DNA of 64,000 nt from Candidatus Woesearchaeota archaeon (GTDB taxonomy: Archaea > Nanobdellota > Nanobdellia > Woesearchaeales > ARS49), in the NCBI GenBank assembly GCA_016188265.1, contig JACPID010000005.1, positions 38,126 to 102,125 of the forward strand, given 5' to 3'. Below, in pieces: positions 1 through 9,653 of the stretch. Every line of letters starts with the position of its first letter. Position 1 is the first letter of the stretch. The position numbers and the translations under genes were made by a program. Below the pieces are notes generated by a model, which saw nothing but the letters and a program-made list of their open reading frames with translations, ran no database searches and was not told where the DNA came from.

Positions 1-1189
1 AATACTTACAGGGTGCTCATCATCAAAACCTAAACTTTCAGAAGTTCCAACTCGTTCAATAACAACAGAAGTGAGAGATACATTGTCATCAATGGATGCT
101 CTTTCTAAAAATGCTTATAGTATTGAGCAAATAATTGGTAAAGGAACAGATATTATTGATTCTAATTTTATTCACAAAGCTGGAGTTTCAAGTGTAGATG
201 ATGAAATATTATTTCGATTGGGTGTTTTAGGCTTGCACTCATATACAAGTACTGTTATTTCATATGTGGCTCATGAAGCAGGGCATAATATTTCTTCAGC
301 TCAAAAAAGAAAAAGCAATATTAAATTTGATTTTTCAAGGTCTTATCATGATATTTTATTTCCTGAAGTTATTTCAAACTTTGATTCATCTGTACTGAAA
401 AATTCGAAAACTCTTAATGATGATTTTTTATTTATTATAGAGTCAGGATTAAATGTTCAGGAAAACATATCTGAATTAGTTTATCATGAATCTTTTAGGA
501 AAAAACAGCTTTCTTATGATGAATCTTTGTTTTTTTTACAAAACAAGTTTTATGAAGCTGTCTATATTTTAAGAAATAAAAAAATAAAAAGCGAAACTCT
601 GCCAGATCCTGCAGCTTATATCGAACTGCTAAAACAAAAAGAAATTAAAATAAATCGCAACAAGCTTCTCGCTGAGGAATTAACTGCAGGATTTTTTTCA
701 TTTACTACTTGGGAAAGTGTTGTTTCAATTAAAGATTATTTGTTAAATAGTAAAAATAATCATAAACCTGAATTATGGAAGATCGGAGATAATGATTTAA
801 CGCCTCCAATTATAAGTCATTTTTGGGCTCCTGATGGAACTTATTATTCAATAACTTCAATAATTAATCCCTATTCCAAGCATTCTCTGATATTAAATTT
901 AGGCGCTGATCTTGATTTTATTCAAGATGGTCGTATGAATACTCGTCGTTTAGGCGGAGAGTATGTTCTTACTATTAATCGTGCAAAAATTAAGCCTTTT
1001 GGTTATGCTAATTTTGAAAAAAGTGGTAATTGGAAAGGGGATAGTACAGGTTTAGAAATTGAAATAAATAAATCAAATCATTTTTTTTCAGCAAGGGCTG
1101 AATGGAATTATTCAGATGTTATTGAAAACACAATCAAAGGAAAAGAAGAAGGGGTTTATGGAACATTTGGCTATAGGCTGGAATTTTAA
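1..1189 (+). CDS. hypothetical protein, 5'-truncated by the window edge (frame is open from nt 2; the track's 'M' at 71 is GTG)
   Basis: Long ORF with no upstream stop within the window; no recognisable motifs; ends GYRLEF. Confidence 0.4.
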   Translation, partial: ILTGCSSSKPKLSEVPTRSITTEVRDTLSSMDALSKNAYSIEQIIGKGTDIIDSNFIHKAGVSSVDDEILFRLGVLGLHSYTSTVISYVAHEAGHNISSAQKRKSNIKFDFSRSYHDILFPEVISNFDSSVLKNSKTLNDDFLFIIESGLNVQENISELVYHESFRKKQLSYDESLFFLQNKFYEAVYILRNKKIKSETLPDPAAYIELLKQKEIKINRNKLLAEELTAGFFSFTTWESVVSIKDYLLNSKNNHKPELWKIGDNDLTPPIISHFWAPDGTYYSITSIINPYSKHSLILNLGADLDFIQDGRMNTRRLGGEYVLTINRAKIKPFGYANFEKSGNWKGDSTGLEIEINKSNHFFSARAEWNYSDVIENTIKGKEEGVYGTFGYRLEF

Positions 1190-1271
1190 TATAAATATAT
1201 ATTAATAAATATATTAAAGATATAAATGTATATACACAAATTATTTAAATAATGAGTTACCTATTGAGAAA

Positions 1272-1409
1272 ATGTCAAAACAGTTATTATTGACATTACA
1301 TGAAGGAGTTCATAAAGAACTGAAAAAACTTGCAGAAAAAAAATACATGACTCTGCAAGAATACATTCGATACATATTAAGAGAACATGCGCTTAGAGAG
1401 AAAAAATGA
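1272..1409 (+). CDS. small ribbon-helix-helix (CopG/Arc-like) protein, 45 aa
   Basis: MSKQLLLTLHEGVHKELKKLAEKKYMTLQEYIRYILREHALREKK has a beta-strand followed by two helices, typical of RHH. It overlaps the next ORF by ATGA. It is absent from the ORF track because it is under 60 aa. Confidence 0.4.
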   Translation: MSKQLLLTLHEGVHKELKKLAEKKYMTLQEYIRYILREHALREKK

Positions 1410-1681
1410 ATCCGATTTTATTAGCAGCAATTTTAGGTTTTTTAGGAGGCTTAGTGAGAAGTTTAGTCGGGTTATCCAAGGCTATGGCTCAAAAGAAAAA
1501 AATAATGCCAGCTTATTGGACAGCTACTATCATAACATCAAGCATTATAGGTATTTTCACAGGAATAATATTTGATTTTGATCATAGATTAAGCCTACTG
1601 GCGGGCTATGCAGGGACAGATTTATTAGAAGGAATATACAAATCATTTGCAGTGTCAAAGATTTATGTAAGAACAAAATAA
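1406..1681 (+). CDS. small membrane protein (2 TM)
   Basis: Hydrophobic segments LLAAILGFLGGLV and IITSSIIGIFTGIIF; translationally coupled to the upstream RHH ORF. Confidence 0.4.
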   Translation: MNPILLAAILGFLGGLVRSLVGLSKAMAQKKKIMPAYWTATIITSSIIGIFTGIIFDFDHRLSLLAGYAGTDLLEGIYKSFAVSKIYVRTK

Positions 1682-1847
1682 AATCAATCAAGAGACTGTT
1701 AGTGCATAAAAGTTTAAATGTCGAAAATCAAAGATTTTCAGGATCCCAAAAATGCAAAACATTTTTGTGATGATCAAAAACTACACGCTACCTACTTCAG
1801 TAGGTAGTTTTTGACAAATAGTTTTGTAAGTGTGTTGAAGAAGCATT

Positions 1848-3140
1848 ATGGCTTTTTTTGAAGAAAAAGGAAAAATAGCGCTTAAAATTCCAGGTGGACG
1901 TTATAAGCAGGTATATTTTGCTTTTGGTTCTGTTAAAGCGTATTTAGAAAATACGCCTATAAAGCTTCATGGTGGGAAGTGCACTGAAAAAAAGATTTTG
2001 CAACCTGCTACAGTATCAATTTATATTGGTTCAAGCGCAGGAGCAATAAATGCAACAGTTCATGCATGCGGTTATAGTTTACAAGAAATGGAAGATTGCT
2101 TTTTTGGAAAATATGATAATACTCCTTTAAAAATGCCTACAAAACAGGATTTAAAAAGAAGGCCTAATAATCGTTGGAATATTTTAAAGCACCCGATAAA
2201 TCATTTTTTAGGACAGTATACAACTCAAGGAATAAAAGAACATGTTGAGAAATGGATATTAAGAGATATAACTTATTTCAGTGATCTTGATCCTGAATTG
2301 TATATTTTTGCTGTTGAAGCAAATAGGTCTCGAACAGTTGTTTTTGGAAAACAAGAATCAAAACAAATTAATGATCACCAATATAGAAATCATGCGACAA
2401 TAAGCCAGGCAATAGCTGCATCAACAGCATTGCCTGGATTATATCTTAATTACCCTATTTTTGATCCGGCTAGTAACAAAATAAGATATTACGAGGATGG
2501 TGATATTCGTGATTTTTTTGACACAGATGTTGCGCAAAATGCAAAATGTGATCTTGTGCTAATACCTTGTATTTATCTTCCAACAGATGAAGAAACATTT
2601 AGAGAATGTACAGAGCCTGGATTAAAAACTTTATTGCGTGCTTATTCTCATGTACTGGATCATTCATTAGATACTAGGCTGAAGAAAGCAATGTATAATC
2701 GTGCTGAAAAAAAGAATACATTATTAAATTTTAGAAAGGATGCTAATGAATTATTAAATCCCTTTGCAGGTTTATTTGAAACAATTGAGTCAAGCATTAA
2801 ATTACAGATATTAAAGCGCGTAGAGGGAGAAGATAATGCTGAATTAAGAAAAAATCTTGAGCTTTATGTTATGCCAGTTGTTCATGATGCAATTAAAGAT
2901 GTGAAAAAACAGGTTCCTGTTTTAAAAGATGCAATTGATGCTCTTGAAGAAAGATTAATTAAAAATTTAAATTATTTTCCACAAAACGTGATTTATGTTC
3001 TTCCAAAAGAAGGGAGTGAAGAAGCAAAAATATTAAATAAAATTGCTCCTTTTACACAAGATAAAAAAGATGTGAAATTTTGCATTGATCTTGGATATAA
3101 TAGGACAATAGAAGTGTTGAAAGAAAGAAAACTATTATGA
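1848..3140 (+). CDS. patatin-like phospholipase domain protein
   Basis: GGxR/K-like oxyanion motif (KIPGGRYK) about 30 aa before a GxSxG serine motif (IGSSAGAIN); later YEDGDI resembles the DG[GA] aspartate motif. Confidence 0.4.
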   Translation: MAFFEEKGKIALKIPGGRYKQVYFAFGSVKAYLENTPIKLHGGKCTEKKILQPATVSIYIGSSAGAINATVHACGYSLQEMEDCFFGKYDNTPLKMPTKQDLKRRPNNRWNILKHPINHFLGQYTTQGIKEHVEKWILRDITYFSDLDPELYIFAVEANRSRTVVFGKQESKQINDHQYRNHATISQAIAASTALPGLYLNYPIFDPASNKIRYYEDGDIRDFFDTDVAQNAKCDLVLIPCIYLPTDEETFRECTEPGLKTLLRAYSHVLDHSLDTRLKKAMYNRAEKKNTLLNFRKDANELLNPFAGLFETIESSIKLQILKRVEGEDNAELRKNLELYVMPVVHDAIKDVKKQVPVLKDAIDALEERLIKNLNYFPQNVIYVLPKEGSEEAKILNKIAPFTQDKKDVKFCIDLGYNRTIEVLKERKLL

Positions 3141-3820
3141 TTTCAATAATTCTAGTTGAACCAGAACAAGAAGGCAATGTTGGCGCTATTGCACGGGTAA
3201 TGAAAAATTTGGGTTTTAGCAAACTTATTCTCGTAAATCCAAAATGCAATCACTTGTCTGAAGAAGCCCGTAAAAGAGCGAAAAATGCGCAAGATGTATT
3301 AAAAAAAGCAAAAATTTGTTCATGGGCCAAAATTAATTTTGATTTTCTTATTGGAACAACTGCAAAAATAGGAACTGATTTCAACATTCCACGCTCGCCG
3401 CTAACTCCTAATGACTTAAGAAATGCACTGCAGCACAAAGGAAGAAATGTCGGATTAATATTTGGCAGGGAAAGCCATGGTTTAAACAACAAAGAAATTG
3501 AGAAATGTGATTTTGTTGTGAAAATACCAGCAAACTCAAGATATGAAACACTGAATATCAGTCATGCTGTTGCTATTATTTTGTATGAATTGCAAAAAAA
3601 AAATAAAATTACAGAAATACGCCCCATAGGCAATAAAGAAAGAACTTATTTATTTAATATGATAAATCAAACTCTTAACAAACTTAAATTTAATTCTGAA
3701 ACAAAAAAACAAACACAAAAACTAGTTTGGAAAAGAATTCTTGCAAAATCATTTCTTTCACAAAGAGAAGCTTATGCGTTATTTGGTTATTTTAGAAAAC
3801 TATTAGAAAAGTTAAAATAA
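3137..3820 (+). CDS. SPOUT (SpoU/TrmJ-like) RNA 2'-O-methyltransferase
   Basis: N-terminal VEPEQEGNVGAIARVMKNLGF and LIFGRESHGL...ISHAVAIILYEL match SpoU/TrmH-class motifs; ATGA overlap with the upstream gene. Confidence 0.6.
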   Translation: MISIILVEPEQEGNVGAIARVMKNLGFSKLILVNPKCNHLSEEARKRAKNAQDVLKKAKICSWAKINFDFLIGTTAKIGTDFNIPRSPLTPNDLRNALQHKGRNVGLIFGRESHGLNNKEIEKCDFVVKIPANSRYETLNISHAVAIILYELQKKNKITEIRPIGNKERTYLFNMINQTLNKLKFNSETKKQTQKLVWKRILAKSFLSQREAYALFGYFRKLLEKLK

Positions 3821-3833
3821 ATAATGGATATAG

Positions 3834-3873
3834 AAAAAGACAAAATTAAGTTATAGAAATAGTTTGTCTTTTT
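3834..3873 (+). terminator. hairpin (11-bp inverted repeat aaaaagacaaa/tttgtcttttt) after the SPOUT gene; a second hairpin lies at 3881-3917
   Basis: Perfect inverted repeats read directly from the sequence, followed by a T-rich stretch. Confidence 0.3.
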
Positions 3874-3986
3874 CAATATAATTGAGGATAATAATATAAT
3901 TTACTTATGTCCTCAATTAATAATCAAAAATATTTATAAATACTTGATTAGATGATTACATTTATGGTTTTGACATGTTGTGAGAG

Positions 3987-5834
3987 GTGGCAAATGTTAT
4001 GGTAGCCGTAGGGCCATTAAATTTTGGCAACTTATTTGGCTTGTATGCGCTTCTTACTATTGTGCCTCTGATTTTATTGTATTTAATTCGTCCAAAGCCT
4101 AAAATGATGACTATTCCTTCTTTGATGTTTTTTCTTAAAATGAGCGGCGCTAACAGAATAACTTCTTTTTTTAAGCAATTAACAAGAGACTGGCTTTTGT
4201 TTATTCAGCTTTTAATCTTGCTTTTACTAGCTCTTGCATTTACTGAACCGTTTACATATTACACGCATGATGTTTCTTCAGCAAATACTATTATTGTTTT
4301 AGATGTTAGCGCCAGCATGCAGGCAAAAGAAGGTTCACTTACAAGATTTGAAAAAGCAAAAAGTTTTGCAAAAGAATTATTAGGAGCTTCAAATACAATT
4401 GTTCTTGCAAAATATTATAGTGAAGTCGGTGTGCAGGATGTTAGTAGAAGTGATGCTGTTAAATATCTTAACACATTACAGCCTTATGAATCTCCAACCA
4501 GGCTTGGAGACGCTATATTAACTGCAGGAGGAATTCTTGAAAAAAAAGGAACTAGTGAAGGAAGAATTATTGTTATTTCTGATTTTTTAAATACTGAAGG
4601 CCAAGACGCAACAACTACGCGCGCTGTGCTTCAATCAAAAAACATGCTTATTGATTTTATTAATGTAGCAGAGCAGGGTGAAAAAGAAAATGTTGGCTTT
4701 ATTGATCTTTTTATTGATAGAGATTCAACAACAGCGTACATCAAGAATTTTGCTGGTAAAGAAAAAACAATAACTTTAACAGTCGGTAATCTTACTAAAA
4801 ACATTAATATGGCTGCCAAGGCTGTTGAGCCGTTTTCTTTCCAGACAGTTGGCGGAGTAACAAAACTGCAAATAACTCCCTTTGATGAGTTTCCAGTTGA
4901 TAATGAGTTATTTGTTAGCGCTCCTAAAACTCTTAAAGTTCCTGTTCAGTTTATATCAAATGATAAATCAGAATTTTTGTACCAAGCATTAGAAGCATCG
5001 AGAATAGCTCAGGTTGATGTTGCAGAACCTCCGATTGTTCCAAAAGGGGGTTATCAGATATTTATATTAAATAATGTTGATCCTAGAGAAATTCTTACAG
5101 GAACAATGGAGGAGTTGTCAAGAGAAGTTGAAAATGGCGCAAGCATTATAATAACTGCTCAGAAAAACATGAATGAAATTGATTACTCGCCAATTCTCCC
5201 ACTAACTTCAAAAGGATTGGGAAAGGCAAAAGATCTTTTAATTCAGCAAATTAATAGGTTTACAAAAAATATTGAGTTTGGAAGTGTTAAAGAGTTTATT
5301 CAATTATCTGAAGAGCATGGATTAACACCCATCATAAGCGCTGATAGTGATGTTATAGTTGGGCTTGCGAAAAAAGGAAGTGGAAAAATATTATATTATG
5401 GAATTCTTGAATCAGCAAATGAATTTCATTTTAGCCCAGGCTACCCTATTTTTTGGACTGAGATTATTAAATTTCTTACAGAAAAACAAGATTTAGAAAG
5501 TTTAAATGACAGGACAAAAAACACAATATTTCCAGGAGTTAAAATGCCAGTGGATTCTCCGCGTGGAAGGCTTCCTCCTGCACCTGCAGTTTTTTTAGAA
5601 AATCAAGGCTTATACCATTTGGGTGATGTAACTATTGCAGTAAATCTTCTTAATGAACAAGAAAGTGAAGTTTCTGTATTAGAAAAAGGAGAATATGAAT
5701 TAACTCCTAAAAGTTATGAATTAATGCCTGTAGAAGAAAAGCGTAAATTTGAAATTGATATGATTTTAATTATTTTAGGAAGTTTAATTTTGTTTTTTGA
5801 ATTAGTGTATGTTAAGCAAAGGGGTGATTTTTAG
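3987..5834 (+). CDS. BatA-like membrane protein with vWA domain
   Basis: Two N-terminal TM helices, a vWA MIDAS motif (IIVLDVSASM), and a C-terminal TM. GTG start at 3987 or ATG at 3999. Confidence 0.6.
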   Translation: MANVMVAVGPLNFGNLFGLYALLTIVPLILLYLIRPKPKMMTIPSLMFFLKMSGANRITSFFKQLTRDWLLFIQLLILLLLALAFTEPFTYYTHDVSSANTIIVLDVSASMQAKEGSLTRFEKAKSFAKELLGASNTIVLAKYYSEVGVQDVSRSDAVKYLNTLQPYESPTRLGDAILTAGGILEKKGTSEGRIIVISDFLNTEGQDATTTRAVLQSKNMLIDFINVAEQGEKENVGFIDLFIDRDSTTAYIKNFAGKEKTITLTVGNLTKNINMAAKAVEPFSFQTVGGVTKLQITPFDEFPVDNELFVSAPKTLKVPVQFISNDKSEFLYQALEASRIAQVDVAEPPIVPKGGYQIFILNNVDPREILTGTMEELSREVENGASIIITAQKNMNEIDYSPILPLTSKGLGKAKDLLIQQINRFTKNIEFGSVKEFIQLSEEHGLTPIISADSDVIVGLAKKGSGKILYYGILESANEFHFSPGYPIFWTEIIKFLTEKQDLESLNDRTKNTIFPGVKMPVDSPRGRLPPAPAVFLENQGLYHLGDVTIAVNLLNEQESEVSVLEKGEYELTPKSYELMPVEEKRKFEIDMILIILGSLILFFELVYVKQRGDF

Positions 5835-8269
5835 TGGCCTTTCACCACACGATTCAATTATTTTATGTTAAAGTTAATAATGCATTAAGTGTGAAATATT
5901 CTTGGATTTTACTGCTAATAATTCCTTTATTCTTTTTTTTCAGATGGCTTGTAAAAAAGGATTTTGTTAAATTAAAAGAAGAAGAACATATTGTAAGAAG
6001 GCGTTTAGTTCTTCAAAATGTTATAATTGCAACAAGAACTGTGATGTTCTTTTTTATTCTTCTTGCGCTTGCTGCGTATTATGCTGAAAAGCCTGTAGAA
6101 GTTAAAGGTGATCTTTTCTTAAAGATTTTAGTAGATAATTCAACAAGTATGGGTGTTTTTAAGCCAGTGTCTGAAAACTTGTTCACTGAATTAAAAAAAA
6201 ATATTAATGTTGAAATTGCTGAGATCGGAAAACCAGAGGAAAGCAATATAGGTGATGCTTTATTAAACAATCTTGCTCCTCAAGAAAGCATTCTTTTGAT
6301 AAGCGATGGCAATGCAAACTCAGGAATTCAATTAGGAGATGTTGTTTTATTTGCAACCACACTAAACAGCACTGTTAATGCATTAAAACTTGAACCTGAT
6401 AAAACAGATGTTAGTGTTTCAATTGCTGGCCCTGAAAAAACAACAGAAGATGTTGAAAGCACATTTACAGTTGTGTTAGAAAAAACAGGCCTTATTGACA
6501 GAGTTCCTTTAAAAGTAAAAATAGATGACAAAGTAGTATTAGAAACAGTTACAAGTGATTTACGCATTCAAGTTACAACAAAGCTTTCAGAGGGATTTCA
6601 CAGAATTAGTGCAGAAATAACTTTAACTGATTATTTTGAGAAAAACAATAAATTTTACAAAACAGTTCAGGTAGTGCCTCCGCCAAGAATTTTGTTTTAC
6701 ACAAAAAAAACAAATTCACCGCTTATTGAACTTTTAAAACAAGTTGTTCAAGTTGATGTTGTAATGTCGCTTCCTGACAATGCAGCTGATCTTAAGAAAT
6801 TATTAAATAAATATTATACTATTATAATAAATGATATACCTGCTAAGCATCTTAACAAGCATGTTAATACTTTGTTTGAGTATTTAAGCGATGGAAATGG
6901 CATGATTGTTTTTGGCGGATATGAAAGCTATAGCGAAGGGCTATATAGAGGGTCATCTTTTGAACAATTATTAATGCCTGTTTTTGTAGGAAAAGCAGGA
7001 AGAAAAGAAAGCGATACAAATGTTGTTCTTTTAATTGATATTTCTGCAAGCACTGGAGCAGCAATTGTTGAAGGCGGTCAAAAAGCTGTTGATATTGAAA
7101 AGGCGCTTGCGTTAGGAGTCATGAAAACATTGCGCCCAAATGTTCTTGTTGCTGTTTTTGCATTTAATACTCGGGCTATTCCAATAACGCCATTAACACG
7201 CTTGTTAGAAAAAAAAGCTGAAGTAGAAGATATGATCAGCCGTTTAGTTGATGTTGGAGGAACTGCAATAAGCTCTGGGTTGTTTGCAGCTAATGCAGTG
7301 CTTGACTCAGCTTCTGGCAGTAAAAACATAATAATTATTTCAGATGGAAAAACTCATGATGGCGGTGCGTGGAAAGATGCTGCTAAAAGATCAGCTCAAA
7401 AAGGAATAAAAATTTATACTGTTGGAGTTGGAGAAAAAACAAATGAAGAGGTAATGCTTGAACTTGCAAGAATTGGCAGAGGCATTTATTTTAGAGCAAA
7501 CCAATTGTCTCGTTTAAAAATATTATTCGGAGAAGTTGAAGAAACAGGAGCTGAACACCCTTCTCTTTCTTTGCTTGATAGCAATCATTTTATTACTCAA
7601 GATCTTGAAGATATAAGCGCCACTATTTACGGCTATAATGATGTTGTTCAAAAAACCTCAGCACAGCTTCTTGCTACAAGCAGTTCTGGTGATCCGTTGT
7701 TAGCAGTGTGGCGTGTTGGTTTGGGAAGAATTGCTGCATTTGCAACTGATGATGGCACTGTGTGGTCTGGAGATTTGATGAGCAAGAAAAATTCAAAATT
7801 ATTAATAAGATCCGCCAATTGGGCAATAGGCGAGCCAGATAGAAAAAATGAAGAAGCAAGAACATACAAGGATAGTAGAATAGGTGTTCCAACAATTATT
7901 CAAGTAAAATCACTTAAGCAGCCTATTTCAGAAAAATATACTTTTTATAAAACTGAAGAAAATACATATCAAGCAGCAGTTACTCCTGTAGAAACAGGCT
8001 TTTTATCAATTCTTGATGGAATTATTGCAAGCAATTATCCAGAAGAATACCAGCATCTTGGCATGAATCCTGAACTAGAAGGAGTGGTTCTTTCAACAGG
8101 CGGGAATGTATTTGATCAAGATGATATAGAAAGTATTCTTGATCATGTAAAATCGCATTCTAAAAGAGTTGTTACACAAAAGGTTATTATTCGCTGGCCA
8201 TTTATATTAATTGCACTCATAATTTTCCTTATGGAAATATTTATAAGGAGATATTTAAGAAATGTATAG
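5834..8269 (+). CDS. BatB-like membrane protein with two vWA-like domains
   Basis: N-terminal TM; DxSxS motifs at LVDNSTSMG and VVLLIDISASTG, with downstream T and D residues (ISDGKTHDG); C-terminal TM. GTG start overlaps the upstream stop. Confidence 0.55.
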   Translation: MAFHHTIQLFYVKVNNALSVKYSWILLLIIPLFFFFRWLVKKDFVKLKEEEHIVRRRLVLQNVIIATRTVMFFFILLALAAYYAEKPVEVKGDLFLKILVDNSTSMGVFKPVSENLFTELKKNINVEIAEIGKPEESNIGDALLNNLAPQESILLISDGNANSGIQLGDVVLFATTLNSTVNALKLEPDKTDVSVSIAGPEKTTEDVESTFTVVLEKTGLIDRVPLKVKIDDKVVLETVTSDLRIQVTTKLSEGFHRISAEITLTDYFEKNNKFYKTVQVVPPPRILFYTKKTNSPLIELLKQVVQVDVVMSLPDNAADLKKLLNKYYTIIINDIPAKHLNKHVNTLFEYLSDGNGMIVFGGYESYSEGLYRGSSFEQLLMPVFVGKAGRKESDTNVVLLIDISASTGAAIVEGGQKAVDIEKALALGVMKTLRPNVLVAVFAFNTRAIPITPLTRLLEKKAEVEDMISRLVDVGGTAISSGLFAANAVLDSASGSKNIIIISDGKTHDGGAWKDAAKRSAQKGIKIYTVGVGEKTNEEVMLELARIGRGIYFRANQLSRLKILFGEVEETGAEHPSLSLLDSNHFITQDLEDISATIYGYNDVVQKTSAQLLATSSSGDPLLAVWRVGLGRIAAFATDDGTVWSGDLMSKKNSKLLIRSANWAIGEPDRKNEEARTYKDSRIGVPTIIQVKSLKQPISEKYTFYKTEENTYQAAVTPVETGFLSILDGIIASNYPEEYQHLGMNPELEGVVLSTGGNVFDQDDIESILDHVKSHSKRVVTQKVIIRWPFILIALIIFLMEIFIRRYLRNV

Positions 8270-8279
8270 TAAATAGAAG

Positions 8280-8789
8280 ATGGCATTTATTACGAAAAAC
8301 GCAAATTTGTTTTTATTATTTTTAATAGTATTAGCTTCTATTGGTTTAGTTGCAGCAACTATTTTTTTTCAGTATAAATTTCAGAATGTAAATCAGAAAC
8401 TGCTTCAAAAAGCAGTTGAATTACAAGATATTAGTAAAGAACTTGAGCAAAAACGCACATTGTTAGAAGGCATTCAACTTGATTTAAGTAAAAAAGAAAA
8501 AAGAGAAGAAGAATTATCAAGTAAGTATGTAGAAGTTGAAGAAGAAAAACAAAAAGTTCAAGAAAAAGCTCAAAGTTTAGAGCAAAAAACAGATATTTTA
8601 GAAGGAAAAGTCGGAGATCTTCAAATAGTTAATCAAAGATTAGAAGCAGTCAATCAAGACCAGGCAAAAGCAATACTTTCTCTAAATAATGATGTTGGCA
8701 TATTAAAAACTCAGAATTTACAATATCAGGCTCAAATTGCAAGATTAGCAAGTGACTTAGCAACTTGCCAAAGCCAGCAAGGAGCTTAA
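8280..8789 (+). CDS. membrane-anchored coiled-coil protein
   Basis: One N-terminal TM followed by about 130 aa of heptad-rich K/E/Q sequence. Confidence 0.4.
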   Translation: MAFITKNANLFLLFLIVLASIGLVAATIFFQYKFQNVNQKLLQKAVELQDISKELEQKRTLLEGIQLDLSKKEKREEELSSKYVEVEEEKQKVQEKAQSLEQKTDILEGKVGDLQIVNQRLEAVNQDQAKAILSLNNDVGILKTQNLQYQAQIARLASDLATCQSQQGA

Positions 8790-8791
8790 TA

Positions 8792-9568
8792 ATGAAAAAA
8801 ATTGAACAAGCGCTAAGGGAATTAAAAAGTACAGTAACTCTTATGGCTTTGTTTAGCAGTATAATTGATTCTTTTGTTGTTTTTCTTGCATCATTTCTTT
8901 TATGCATAATACTTCTTATTCCTTGGTTTTACTCATTTATTCCTCTTTTTCTTTATGGAATCATCCATATATATTCAGAACTTAAAACAGCAAGGTTTTT
9001 GTATATAGAGAAAAAATTGCCTTTTTTATATGAACAGCTTCGAACAGTTGCAGATAATATTCGCAAAGAACATGAAGTTATTGAAGCGCTTAATGAAGAA
9101 GTTCTTATTAAGTTGCGTGCAGTTAAAAATTCTGTATTCTTAAGATTTGGCAAAATTACTAACAGAATCACAACTCTTGTTATTCTTTCATTTCTTATAA
9201 TTATTCTTTCAGCAATGAATATTCAATTATTTGATGTTCCTAAAGCACTTAAAAATGTTCAAAAACAAATTGAGCAGCCTGAGCCAGAAGAACAATACCA
9301 GCAATTAATAACTGGCGGTGAAGATATTATTTTTGGAAATAAATCTGTTGCAGAATTAGGATATCAAGAATTAGAAATTAAGCTTAATCCAATTCAGAGT
9401 GAGATTGATATTGATAAAATTAAAGAACCTGAAAAACTTTCTTTTGAATCAAAATACAGGCCTAAAGAGATTATTGCAACTACAGATATTAGTTATGAAG
9501 AAAACATACCTAAAGATTATCAAAATATTGTTAGGGATTATTTTAGCGGAATAACAACTGCAAGATAA
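8792..9568 (+). CDS. membrane protein (probable ATG start at 8792 with GGAG RBS; the track start at 8765 is TTG)
   Basis: Multiple hydrophobic helices; part of the Bat-like operon. Confidence 0.4.
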   Translation: MKKIEQALRELKSTVTLMALFSSIIDSFVVFLASFLLCIILLIPWFYSFIPLFLYGIIHIYSELKTARFLYIEKKLPFLYEQLRTVADNIRKEHEVIEALNEEVLIKLRAVKNSVFLRFGKITNRITTLVILSFLIIILSAMNIQLFDVPKALKNVQKQIEQPEPEEQYQQLITGGEDIIFGNKSVAELGYQELEIKLNPIQSEIDIDKIKEPEKLSFESKYRPKEIIATTDISYEENIPKDYQNIVRDYFSGITTAR

Positions 9569-9653
9569 ATTGTGTTATAATAAGATTTTATGCCAAAAGA
9601 TATAAATAATACAGCAAATAAAAAGATATGTAAATCATGAAAAGGAGGGATGA

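Noticed and set aside
1387-1575. 62-aa ORF overlapping the 1406-1681 ORF in another frame
   Set aside because: The alternative frame encodes a coherent 2-TM protein, and this frame is R/F/N-rich noise.
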